From assembly GCF_003918875.1 (NCBI RefSeq), contig NW_025767224.1, positions 1,984,001 through 2,048,000 on the forward strand: a stretch of DNA of 64,000 nt, given 5' to 3'. The DNA is from Haliotis rubra. Lineage: Eukaryota. Numbering within the stretch: position 1 is the first letter of the stretch; each line of letters begins with the position of its first letter. The notes below the pieces were generated by a model that was not told the DNA's origin, did no database searches, and saw only the letters and a program-made list of their open reading frames with translations. Position numbers and translations under genes: made by a program. Positions 12,833-23,700 of the stretch are shown here, piece after piece.

Positions 12833-15800
12833 AGGAACCTGCCTGCAACCCATAACATCAGGGGAGTTGTGATTTCCTGAAACAAACCAGGACACGTCAT
12901 TCCTAACCCTGACCGCCGGTCGAGCAACATACTGAATGATGGCAATCAGGTGCGGGCGGTAGGGTAGCGTATTGGTTCAAGCGTTCGCTCGTCACGCCGG
13001 TCTGATTGGATTCCGTACATGAGTGCAATGTCTTTAGCCTACTGATGTTGTCACCCGACATAATACTGACGGCGTAAAGGGGCGGCGGGGTAGCCTAATG
13101 ATTAAAGCGAAGCCGAAGACCCGGGTTCGATTCCACACATGGGTACAATGTGTGAAGCCCATATCTGATGTCCCCCGCCGTGATATAGCTACAATATTGC
13201 TAAAAACTAAACTTACTCACTCACTGACGGCGTAAGCCTTACTCACTCACTTTACTGAGGTTAGGGGGTAGCCTATAGTGGTTAAAGCGTTGACTCGTCA
13301 CGCCGAAGACTCAGGTTCGATTTCTCCACATGGGTACAATATGTGAAGGCCATTTCCAATGTCCCCCGCCGTGTTGTTGCTGGAGTATTGCTAAAAGCGG
13401 CGTCAAACCAAACTTACTCACAACTGAGGTTACAGGCTGTAGTCTGTTGAAAATGGTATTTTACAGGCGCTTTGATGGTTTCCTTTAAGAACACAGACAG
13501 GGAAAGGAACTTACACTGTCAGTGGATATAAACCCAGCACTGTTTGACGCAATGTCCATAGATATATATAAGTTCATAGCATTCGATATTTGGAATTTTG
13601 CATGGAACAGAAAGTATGACTGACCTCATTCTTGACCATAACACTGTACCAGGAGTCTCCGTTCATCTCCAAACTCTGGCCGTTTGATCGTAGACATTGT
13701 CCAAAACTGAGGTAAGTGATGCTCTCGCTGTCGAAACCAGCTGGAAGAAACAGATTTCACATGAAACATACGCCACACAATGGGGAACCAGCTACCTGGC
13801 CTAGACCTGTGTGTCCTGCATATTTGGGTCCAGGGGCCCGTTTCACAAAGCGATCGTAGCGCTACGACTGTCGTAATTCTATGTTAAAGTATGGGAGTTA
13901 CGATCTTGGCGCTACGCTCGCTTTGTGAAATGGAGCCCAAACTTAAACTTTATTAAGGTGGTCGCGTTTGTTTTGGAACATAAGCGAACTTAGATATACG
14001 ACTGTCGCGATTCTGTAAATTTCAGCCCTTTCAACTCTTCTCGCAGTTTCTCTAAAATGGAGCCTGGAAGGCATTGTCCATGCCACAAAGTGAACAGTCA
14101 CGAGTTTCTGTAGCAGCGATCGTGCAGTATGTTGTTAGTTTCAGATATGTTTGAGTGTAATGTTGGAGTGCGCCAGGGATGTGTTTTAAGCACCCTGCAA
14201 TTTTCGTTGTTCATTAATAATCTTGCTGATGAAATAGAAAGTTCATGTTATCCTGGCATCCAGTTACATCCAGACTTGACTCATCTATTCATATTACTGT
14301 TCTTATTACGTCGTTCTTATATCTGACACTATTGGAGGATTACAAAATCGAATTAACGTGTTACAACAGTATTGTCACTGTTATTATATTTTAACTGTAA
14401 ATTTAGATAAATCTAAGTGGTTGTCTTTAAAAACGGCGGAGTTCTTTCGAGGGGCGAAAAATGGTATTTTGATGGCAATCTTATTGAATGTGTCTCATCC
14501 TATAGATATTTAGGTGTGGTATTTTCTAGGAATCTAAATTGGAATAAGCAGTTTATAAGTTCATCGTTGCAATCTAGAAAAGCATTATTTGGTGTTTTAA
14601 AATGTCTGTCGAAGCTTAGACCATTACCATATGATGTTTTCTTCAAGGGTTTTGGTAGTAAAGTGATGTCAATTGTATTGTATGGTTCTGAAATATGGGG
14701 ACTAGACTTTGATTCTGAATGTTAGATTAGCAGTGCTATTGAATGTTCATGTTCAAGCATGTAAATATTTTCTTGGTGTGAAAACGTCAACTTCAAAACA
14801 TGTTGTTCGTGGCGAGTGTGGGAGATACCCGGTATATATCTTTGCCTATAAGCGTTGCATAACATACTGGTAGAAACTGCTATCCATGCCAAACTCACGT
14901 TTACCCAAGAAAGGTTATAACATGTTAATGTTAGATATGAGCCGGGTAAATGTAATTGGGCTTCAAAACTGAGACTGTGTTATTTAAAATGGGATTTGGC
15001 TATGTTTTGGATAACCAGTGCATTGATAATATTCAGTCGTTTATATCAGAATTTATAGATAGTTCTTACCAACTGAAAATTGAGCTAAATGTATTTATCA
15101 GGAACTTGGACATGCATCTTTGTCACAAGGTTCTACACCAACAGGATAACACTTTCACCAACAGGGTAACACTTACACCAACAGGGTAACAATTACACCA
15201 ACAGGGTAACACTTACACCAACAGGGTAACACTTTCACCAACAGGGTAACAATTACACCAACAGGGTAACAATTACACCAACAGCGAGAGAAATTCCATG
15301 CTGAGTGAGATTGAGATGGTGAGAAAAATTTTGGTAGTGAATGTATCTACGTAAATGATACTTAAGCCTACTTATATAATATCAATAATCTACTTAGGAA
15401 AAGGTATCATCTAGTATCGAATCATCCTGTACATATGTCGTCATTTTGTTAAATGATTTTATTCACCACTTGGCCAACATGCTGCCAAACATCAGAGTTA
15501 AAATACAAAAAGAAACTTGCACATGTTCATTTAACAAAACTATATACATATTTGTATAAACTATGTCAAGCGTTTGTTCAAACTATATACCCTGTAGCTG
15601 GGGTTTAACTTCAAACTTCAGAACGTATCTTCTACGTTGATGTAAGTAACATCTGCGTAGATGTTAAAAATATGTTAGACTGTGACACTAATACTCTTCC
15701 ATAGAATGGAATAAAGTGGATTGTCGATTGTGTTGTTTTGGATATGTGGATCAAATAAATATATTAACAAGCACCTGTTTATAATTATATGTTGTGCAGG

Positions 15801-16474
15801 TCAGATTACATCAATAAGGGAAGTGCAATCTTTCCATTAATACGTAGACACACCTTCAAGATTCAGCCTTTTGAAGGCCTCTGTCACCATTTTCATACTA
15901 CTTGAGGTTTCCGCCACATTCTCATTTCAACGAACTCTTAAAATAATTACTACGATGTAACAATCACATGTTACACCATAAATACGTAGACACACCTTCA
16001 AGATTGAGCCTGATTTGTAATTTCACCTTAAAAACATGAATTTTGATGATATATTTACATTTTATAGTATTTGACTTCTGCAATAAAGGTGTGGTCATAT
16101 GACGCCATCTGCCCCTTACACATATAGCAGTTTTACTGTTGATCAATATATATTATTGTCCTGGTTTGGACACACGGAGGGTAGCCTACTATCGGAGAGA
16201 CATACCACTCCCGTGCCATTATCTAGAACGTTGCACGACCCACCTGCCTGATCCCACGTCCTTCGTGTCTCGGCAACAACTGGAGTTATATAATCTCTCA
16301 TGGCATATAAATTCACAGAATCAGCTAATTATACTCACGTGTTGAATATGCATCAACGAGCCCCTCCGTAACGCACACACACGCGCCGTGTTGGAGAGGA
16401 ACGCCCTCTATTGCAGCCAGGGCCAGTATGGATGACTGCAGGACGGAAAGCAACAAAATCAACATGGCGGACAT
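12802..16474 (-). CDS. Secreted stand-alone SH3b-like protein (108 aa), paralogue of the N-terminal domain of the 20792-30085 gene
   Basis: Exons 16474-16339 (phase 1), 13740-13625 (phase 0), 12876-12802 give MSAMLILLLSVLQSSILALAAIEGVPLQHGACVCVTEGLVDAYSTPGFDSESITYLSFGQCLRSNGQSLEMNGDSWYSVMVKNEEITTPLMLWVAGRFLKQGNTSQCS*. It has a hydrophobic signal peptide and the same intron positions, phases and 4 Cys as the neighbour. Confidence 0.8.
12953..13422 (+). mobile_element. Cluster of three family-A SINEs (one nested)
   Basis: Three A/B-box heads; TSDs actgacggcgtaa (13065-13077 and 13223-13235) and actgaggtta (13254-13263 and 13423-13432). Confidence 0.85.
13834..13938. mobile_element. Hairpin MITE with PIF/Harbinger-like GGG termini
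   Basis: gggcccgtttcacaaagcgatcgtagcgcta ... tggcgctacgctcgctttgtgaaatggagccc; a related end occurs at 44464. Confidence 0.7.
14129..15060 (+). mobile_element. Degenerate LINE reverse transcriptase C-terminal fragment (RTE/RTE-X-like)
   Basis: Frameshifted motifs VGVRQGCVLS..FSLFIN, VNLDKSKVVVF, YRYLGV, LYGSEIWG, CKYFLGVK..VRGECGRYP; internal stops. Confidence 0.8.
15134..15283. repeat. 20-bp minisatellite, about 7 copies
   Basis: Unit acaccaacagggtaacactt. Confidence 0.9.
15871..15976 (+). pseudogene. Duplicated fragment of the aGPCR exon/intron junction
   Basis: Aligns by eye to 6216-6321 with the donor GT deleted; bracketed by a 36-bp direct repeat (15834-15869 and 15976-16011). Confidence 0.8.
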
Positions 16475-17139
16475 AAACGCTGTCGACAAAAGGGATTGTC
16501 TGAAGTGCTGTGACCTTCGGGGCATCTTATCTAAGATTCACGATGTTTAAAACTATCCCTTGTAGTTTCGTTGGTACTCTCAGTTTTTAACGAAGCTCAA
16601 ATGCAGTTCTGATCCGCTACACGTACTCAACAATGTCCCCCTATATCTCGTCATCATGTACATAATCGAGACTGGACCAGACAAACCAGTGGTTGATACT
16701 GTGAGTAACGCCACAAACCGATGTGACACAATCAACGACAACGGGCTTAGTCACTCTGTACATTTAATTCACCTCCTACGCCAATAAATTGTCTCCAGGA
16801 ACAACTTCTACCACTGAATATGTATTGCCTGTCACACAGACACATACGCGAGTGTACGCGCACGCACGCACATGTACCGGGACTGCGTAAGTCGCTTACC
16901 AACTAAAGACGCTACTGTGGCCAGAGGTTTTATGTAGATGTGGTGTGCAAATGAAATCACCTTGAAACAATCATGTGCACGATATAACAGGTATAAAACA
17001 ACTAATAACATAAACTCAGATATACACAAATACAATTCCTATATATACTGATGATGTACTTCTACGATCAAAGACTCAGATCATATACTATGTATACTGT
17101 TGCATTGTCTATTCACGGCAGTGTGTATTCGGTTAACTC

Positions 17140-17809
17140 TAGGGGTGGGTATTGCAAGGAATTTCATATTGAGATAAATTGCGATGCGAAAGCAAGAAGT
17201 TTTCCTTAACAAAAAATACGTATAATCGAGTTAATGCTTGATTTATAAAAAAATCACAATGCTTGATTAGGCGTTAATAAAAACCTTTAATCATGACAAA
17301 ATAAAAATGTAAATAATTTTTGGCACAAATGAAACAAGGAAAGGAACAATTTAAAAAAAACGGAATTATCCGAAGATTTCCGAGTGTTACGAAGTTTTCC
17401 GAATGCATGTCAAGGTGTCCTCCCATTTGTGAGAACTCCCAGTTGTGAGACACATTAATTAATGGTTCAGTGCACATAGGTGGTGTTTCCACATCCCTAC
17501 AATGAAAGTGGGATCAGCCCAGCCCAGTACCCACAGGAGGCATAGTTCATTGATGAGTTGATTAATGAAATAGATTATCAAAGATTATATTTAAACAGAA
17601 GAAATAGTTCATTGAATATTTTATTTATTCAGAAGAATATGTAATTATGATAACGCATTTTTATTGACTATTATGAAGTTTGAAAGTCATTTTGGTTTAA
17701 ACATATTTTATTATTATTTATGAAAATGAATTGGGATTGGTGAAGTATTACTGCTTATGTTAACACCGCTACCATGCAACATAAAATATCTAATGAAATA
17801 TATTTTTAA

Positions 17810-17846
<37 letters not shown>

Positions 17847-18799
17847 TTACTTCAAATACAACTATTTTCTAAGTAGTCATAATTAGAGACTTACAGTTGT
17901 GTGTGTCTAACAAGCTATTGTAGGAATATAAATCAATCACGAGAAGGTTGTTGAGTTCATTTCCATATTACCCTGTGAAAATTTGAAGGTTGTGTCTTGA
18001 TGATATAATCATGGACGGATTCAACTATTTTCTGGTGTACACAAGGAGTGAATTCTTTGTTTCCGTTCAAAAAATTATCCAGGTTATAACGGGTAGTTGT
18101 TATCCACAAGAGCAACATGCACTGTCTATTAAATGTCTGTTATACTTATCGGCGTCTGGGTCGCTACATCCGAGCCTGAGGCAGCAGTGAACGATTTGAC
18201 AAAAACAAGAGCCATAATTAAGATCAATATAAATCTTGTTTTCGGTTTTTGTAATTAGGTTTTAAAATTCTTTGACACTGCATGACTCTTTGGAATTTGG
18301 TAGGGCATTCCATAAATTTATTGTGTCGGGTAGAAAGGGTTTGGCATAAATGGGCATTTCGACTGTAAATTTCAGAGTTATTTCTTAAACTATAGCTTGT
18401 AGTTTCGGAGACGGAGTAAATCTGAGTAGGTAAATTAATTTCTCTTTGATCACGAAGTTACCTACACAAAGTGTTTAATTATTAAAGACATTTACCTGGG
18501 TATGTTAATCAATTTATCTTATAAAGTTTCATTAGGTTACCTCCACAAGATTCAGTTACATAGCAAATCAGTAATTAGCTAGGGTGAATCCATTCTATCA
18601 GACAGGGGAGTATGGTGTGTTTTCGTTGTTAATTACCTACTCCACTGTCTCATAACTGGGAGTCTCACAACTGGGAGTTCTCACAAATGGGAGTAGACCC
18701 ATGTCAAAATACCGGTTTTCGATCAGCGTATCGCAATACGTATCGTTTTCATGTCTGAACCGGTAAATACCGGTAAACCGGTTATATTGCGCAGCCCTA
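17140..18799. mobile_element. Non-autonomous hAT-like element containing a nested inverted-repeat element (about 17414-18699)
   Basis: Termini TAGGG..CCCTA with 8-bp TSD gttaactc/gtttactc. The inner element has arms ctcccatttgtgagaactcccagttgtgagac / gtctcacaactgggagttctcacaaatgggag and the duplication catgtcaa on both sides. Confidence 0.7.
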
Positions 18800-19261
18800 G
18801 TTTACTCCCACTTAGCCAGAGTCTAACCAAAAAGGTGTTGTCAAGACAACATTGCACTATGGCTAGGTGAGAGATGCGAGCCAGGTAATTAGCATTAGCC
18901 ACTGAAGCGTGAGCCTTTGTTTAAGGGCTATGGTCTATATCTACAATGTGTGTGCAAAGAAACAACATTTCAGATAAAATAATATTGATTTACATGTTAA
19001 CATTTTCAGCCACCATTTTTCATGATTTTCTTTAATGCATCAATCATGTTGCGTGAAGCTACATGCAATGCATTCAGAGATGCAAACAGTTAGATGCAGC
19101 ATCGGCATACTGCTTCATGGTTGTCTGACCGGTGACACATCTTCACATGTTGGATTCTCGTGTCTAGATCGCCGTACGTCCTCTTGTATCTCAGTCTCCC
19201 AGATGACTGGAGTTGAATTATCTTCGTTTCAGTCTCAGCTTGTGTGTCTCTCATGGCATTG

Positions 19262-20013
19262 GCCCGTGACGGTCCGGGTTAGAATATTGATCTTCAGTAA
19301 CCCATGCTTGTCTCTACCCGTGACGGTCCGGGTTAGAATATTGATCTTCAGTAACCCATGCTTGTCTCTACCCGTGACGGTCCGGGTTAGAATATTTTCT
19401 TCAGTAACCCGTGACGGTCCGGGTTAGAATATTGATCTTCAGTAACCCATGCTTGTCTCTACCCGTGACGGTCCGGGTTAGAATATTGATCTTCAGTAAC
19501 CCATGCTTGTCTCTACCCGTGACGGTCCGGGTTAGAATATTTTCTTCAGTAACCCATGCTTGTCTCTACCCGTGACGGTCCGGGTTAGAATATTTTCTTC
19601 AGTAACCCATGCTTGTCTCTACCCGTGACGGTCCGGGTTAGAATATTGATCTTCAGTAACCCATGCTTGTCTCTACCCGTGACGGTCCGGGTTAGAATAT
19701 TGATCTTCAGTAACCCATGCTTGTCTCTACCCGTGACGGTCCGGGTTAGAATATTTTTCTTCAGTAACCCATGCTTGTCTCTACCCGTGACGGTCCGGGT
19801 TAGAATATTGATCTTCAGTAACCCATGCTTGTCGCAAGAGGCGACTAACGGGATCGGGTGGTCAGGCTCGCTGACTTGGTTGACACATTTGCGCAGATCG
19901 ATGCTCATGCTATTGGTCACTGGATTGTCTGGTCCAGACTCGATTATTCACAGACCGGCGCCATATAGCTGGAATATTGGTGAGTGCGTAAACTAAACTC
20001 ACTCACTCACTCA
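19262..20013 (+). mobile_element. SINE-like family B copy whose 54-bp 5' segment is tandemly amplified about 10 times
   Basis: Unit cccgtgacggtccgggttagaatattgatcttcagtaacccatgcttgtctcta (19262-19830) runs into the family body gtcgcaagaggcgactaacgggatcgggtggtcagg..gctggaatattg..(actc)n. Other copies lie near 5527, 6327, 16650(-), 21303(-), 23110, 38752, 54735, 60218(-). Confidence 0.8.
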
Positions 20014-20048
20014 TGCCATCGTGTATTCACGACGTATACAGTGAAATA

Positions 20049-20157
20049 TACTCATGCCAATAATGGCTGTCACCCCCTTCAATTTTTTAATTGGAGAGGG
20101 GGTTAGGGGAGGTGAGGGTTGGGGTTGGGAGGGTGACAACCATTATTGGCATGAGTT
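20049..20157. mobile_element. Small TA-flanked MITE with G-rich centre (copy 1)
   Basis: TIR actcatgccaataatgg(c/t)tgtcacc / ggtgacaaccattattggcatgagt; second copy at 31171-31305. Confidence 0.75.
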
Positions 20158-20433
20158 TACATAAACCGCATACAGAACTACCAGGTGTACTATCAAGGGT
20201 GACGACTGGGCAGAAGAACAAAAGTTCTTGTTGTCACGTACTGAAGTGCCCCGATTTCTTCAGAAGCAAGGTTTGTCTGTTGTGTTCTCAAGAACTAGGA
20301 TGGACCAATGAGTTCTCCCATGCTGTGGTGGGCCCTTGAGCTTTCACGTACAGAGGCGGACCCATATATTCTCATTTTGTCTAATGCTTAAACTGTTCCG
20401 GTTTCTAATGTGTCTACCACCCCGGGCCCGTAA

Positions 20434-20593
20434 GGACGATAGGGTAGCCTAATGGTTAAACCGTCCGCTCGTCACGCTGAGGACCCGGGTTCGATTCCCT
20501 ACATGGCTACAATGTGTTTAGCCCATTCCTGTGTTCCCCGCCGTAATATTGCTGGAATTTTTCAAAAGAGGAGTAAAACCATACTCACTCACT
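20434..20593 (+). mobile_element. tRNA-derived SINE, family A
   Basis: gggtagcctaatggttaaa..cccgggttcgattcc..gctggaat..(actc)n. Confidence 0.8.
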
Positions 20594-20727
20594 CTACAAC
20601 CCCGCGTTGGATTATATAAGGTCCGACAATCATCGAAGTTTTAGCCCCAGGCATGGGATGCACAATTCCATGTTTGATCTGAGTCTTAAATAAAAACAAA
20701 GAATGTGAAACTTGAAGATATATGTAG

Positions 20728-20733
20728 TTTATT
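20728..20733 (-). terminator. Candidate polyadenylation signal of the SH3b-peptidase gene
   Basis: AATAAA on the minus strand about 60 nt after the TGA at 20794-20792. Confidence 0.55.
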
Positions 20734-20791
20734 GTTGCTATTGAAACATAATAGTAAAGTTAACATATAAAAGTATGCATTTATGTTATAA

Positions 20792-23700
20792 TCAGTATCC
20801 GAATTGGCAATGGATATGGTCTCCTTCATTCTGCCCCCATCCGTTCATAGAAAAGCAAAGATCCAGGAATTCCTTCGACCTTGACCCGTTGTGAAGGTCA
20901 ACGGCTTGACCTCTGTAATGGCGGGAGTTACAGGTGTGGCAGGCACCAGCTATCTCATTGACCTGTAAAAGTATTCAGGTTGACGAGAATGCATAAATAG
21001 GATATTGTAATGTATGTAATAGTTTGGAAATGCAAACATACACTTTATTATAACATTCGTCGGAGACAGAAATTATAACCAAGTTAATCATTACGTTTAT
21101 GGTCATATTTATCAGTCATTTTATCATCAGGTTAACCGTCACTTTTCATCATCAGGTCATCATCATGCTTATCATCGTGATTCGGTATCAATTACATATT
21201 ATATAACATAACTTTAAAAAGATGACAAAGACAAATAATCCGATTCAATATAATACTTATGTCAGTGTCATTCATTTCTGAATAATATATATATTATTCT
21301 ATAAATGGACCAGACAATCCAGTGATCAACATCATGAGCAGTGTTCTACTCAACTGGGGTTACGATGACGTGTATATAGATTTTATATATACTGAACCGC
21401 AAAAAAACCCGCCACTCCCATTTTGAAATTGGTAATCAGTTTAATTCAAACACATGTAAATAACATAATAATTGTCGGAAAGATTTCAAAATTGACATGT
21501 TTGATAATCAATACTTAAAGACGAATTTCAGAGAATGACAAGTCAAAATGACGACAGGTGGCACGACAGTCAATAACGTATATGGCCTCCTTGAGCGTTG
21601 ACAACAGCGTTGCATCGTCTGTACATGGAGTGTATGAGGCGGTTGATGAAGGCCATAGGAACTTGCGCCCATACTCGGTGATACGCCTGAGAGAGTTCAG
21701 CTGCAGTTGTCGGCCTTGGTCGCACATCATTGAGCCTCCTCTGAATCTCGTCCCACAAGTGTTCTATCGAGTTTAAGTCTGGACTGAGGGCAGGCCATTG
21801 AAGAGCTTGTATGCCGTGTTGACGGAGAAAGTCTCTAGTTGCTCTGGCAGTATGGGCACGCGCGTTGTCATGCTGGAAGACGTGGTTTCCATGACGACCA
21901 AAATGTGGCACGACGAAGGGTCTCAGCGCTTGATCAATGTAGCGAGCAGATGTTACACCATTTCCTCTACCAGGACCAATATTCGGGAACACCATAGGGC
22001 CTAGTTTGTGACTGAGAGCAATAGCACCCCACACCATTATGCTCGGACCTCCCCACGAGTCTATTTCCAGGACACAATCATCTGCAAAACGCTCCCCGCG
22101 TCGTCACCACACTCTCACTTTCGTCGGAGAAGACTACAGTTCGCCAATTCCGATGATGTGTGGCCCACTGGAGACGAGCACGACGATGTCGAACAGTGAG
22201 GATCGGACCCCGGTAAGGCCTGCTACATCTGACGTTTCTCTGCCTTGAACGCCTCCGCACTGTGTCGGCGCTGATTGGTCTCTGGTGATTGCCAATGGTT
22301 GTCTGTGCAGTTTCCGTAGCCCTAGCGAAACGATTTTGCAGGTGATGACGGACAATCTGCCGATTTTGCCTCAACGTTGTCACAGGCGGTCTTCCACTGC
22401 GAGGACGGTCGTCTGTGCTTCCAGTGGCTTGGACTCGTTGCTGCAGGCGGTATATTGTTACATACATGAACAGAGAAATGATTTGCAACCTGTCTTGCAG
22501 TCTGGCCAACATTAAGTCTTCCTAAAGCTTGGTACCTCTGTTCCTTTGATAATCGTGGCATGTCGCTACTGTCGAACAGGGAATGATTCGGTGCATGTTC
22601 GGTGGTTCTTCTTCTTATAGGGATGACACTTCGGGATGCACGTGCATTATTTTCATGAAATACGCACAAAAACCTCGTCCCATCATTACTTTAGTAACTG
22701 CGTTTCGACGACATATTTTTTGTATCAAATACAGCATCTGAAACCAAATTTTCTTGAACATTGGCTACGAACCAGGTCTAGCTAAAATATAAATAATGAA
22801 AAACTAATTAACATTCAGAAGAAACATATCTGGCAAAATGTTTGGTAGGTGACGTTTCTTTTGCGGTTCAGTATATAAAATCAATTTTGCCATTATCAGT
22901 GAATGGTTGGGATATGCTGGATGACACTATAAGATATTTCATTCAATTAAAAACAATTACGAAAAAATATTTATTAGCAATTTGCTTCATGAGACTACAG
23001 AAACTCTAAAGATGGAGCGACTGGGGAAGAGGGTTGAATACACACTCTGCTGAACAGTTATACATCGGTATGTGAGAGTAATAAGTCGCACGTAGGCCTT
23101 AATCATCTAACCCGTCAAGATCCGAACTGATCTTCAGTAACCCATGCTTTTGTAAGAAGCGACCAACGGGATCGGGTGGTCAGGCTCGCTGACTTGGTTG
23201 ACACACGTCATCGTATTACTGCTCACTGCTCCTGCTGTTGATCACTGGATTGTCTGGTCCAGACTTGATTACTTACATATCGCAACCACATTGCTGGAAT
23301 ATTGATGAGTGCGGCGTTAAACAACAAACCAACCAACTTAACCTTTTACCGCCGTCTTTAAACCAACCATCAGCGGCAATTTCTTGGTTCGTGATAAAGA
23401 TCGGGTTCCGATTTTTATTCAATGCCAAATCGGATCCTGACACGGCTAAGGGACACAAACATGCATTACGATATTCCACAGTCGAGGTCCAACTGTGCTG
23501 AAGGCCTTGTAGCCATAGGTTTTAAGTTTATGCTGAGAGTCCGGTGGTCGTAGAACCACGAGCTGCATGTGGTGTAATGTGGGATGTCCTGATGTTCTTG
23601 TAGAACCAATGTAGCCACAAACTATCAGAACTGGTGTTGGAGCAGGTATTATGTATCATAGTGATGTCATGACGTACGACATGATGTTCTTGATAATGTT

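Noticed and set aside
11915-12880. 321-aa Cys/Thr-rich repeat ORF and its antisense ORFs
   Set aside because: These are read-through of a 39-bp (13-codon) minisatellite. It is open on both strands, changes frame at a 1-bp indel and has no signal peptide.
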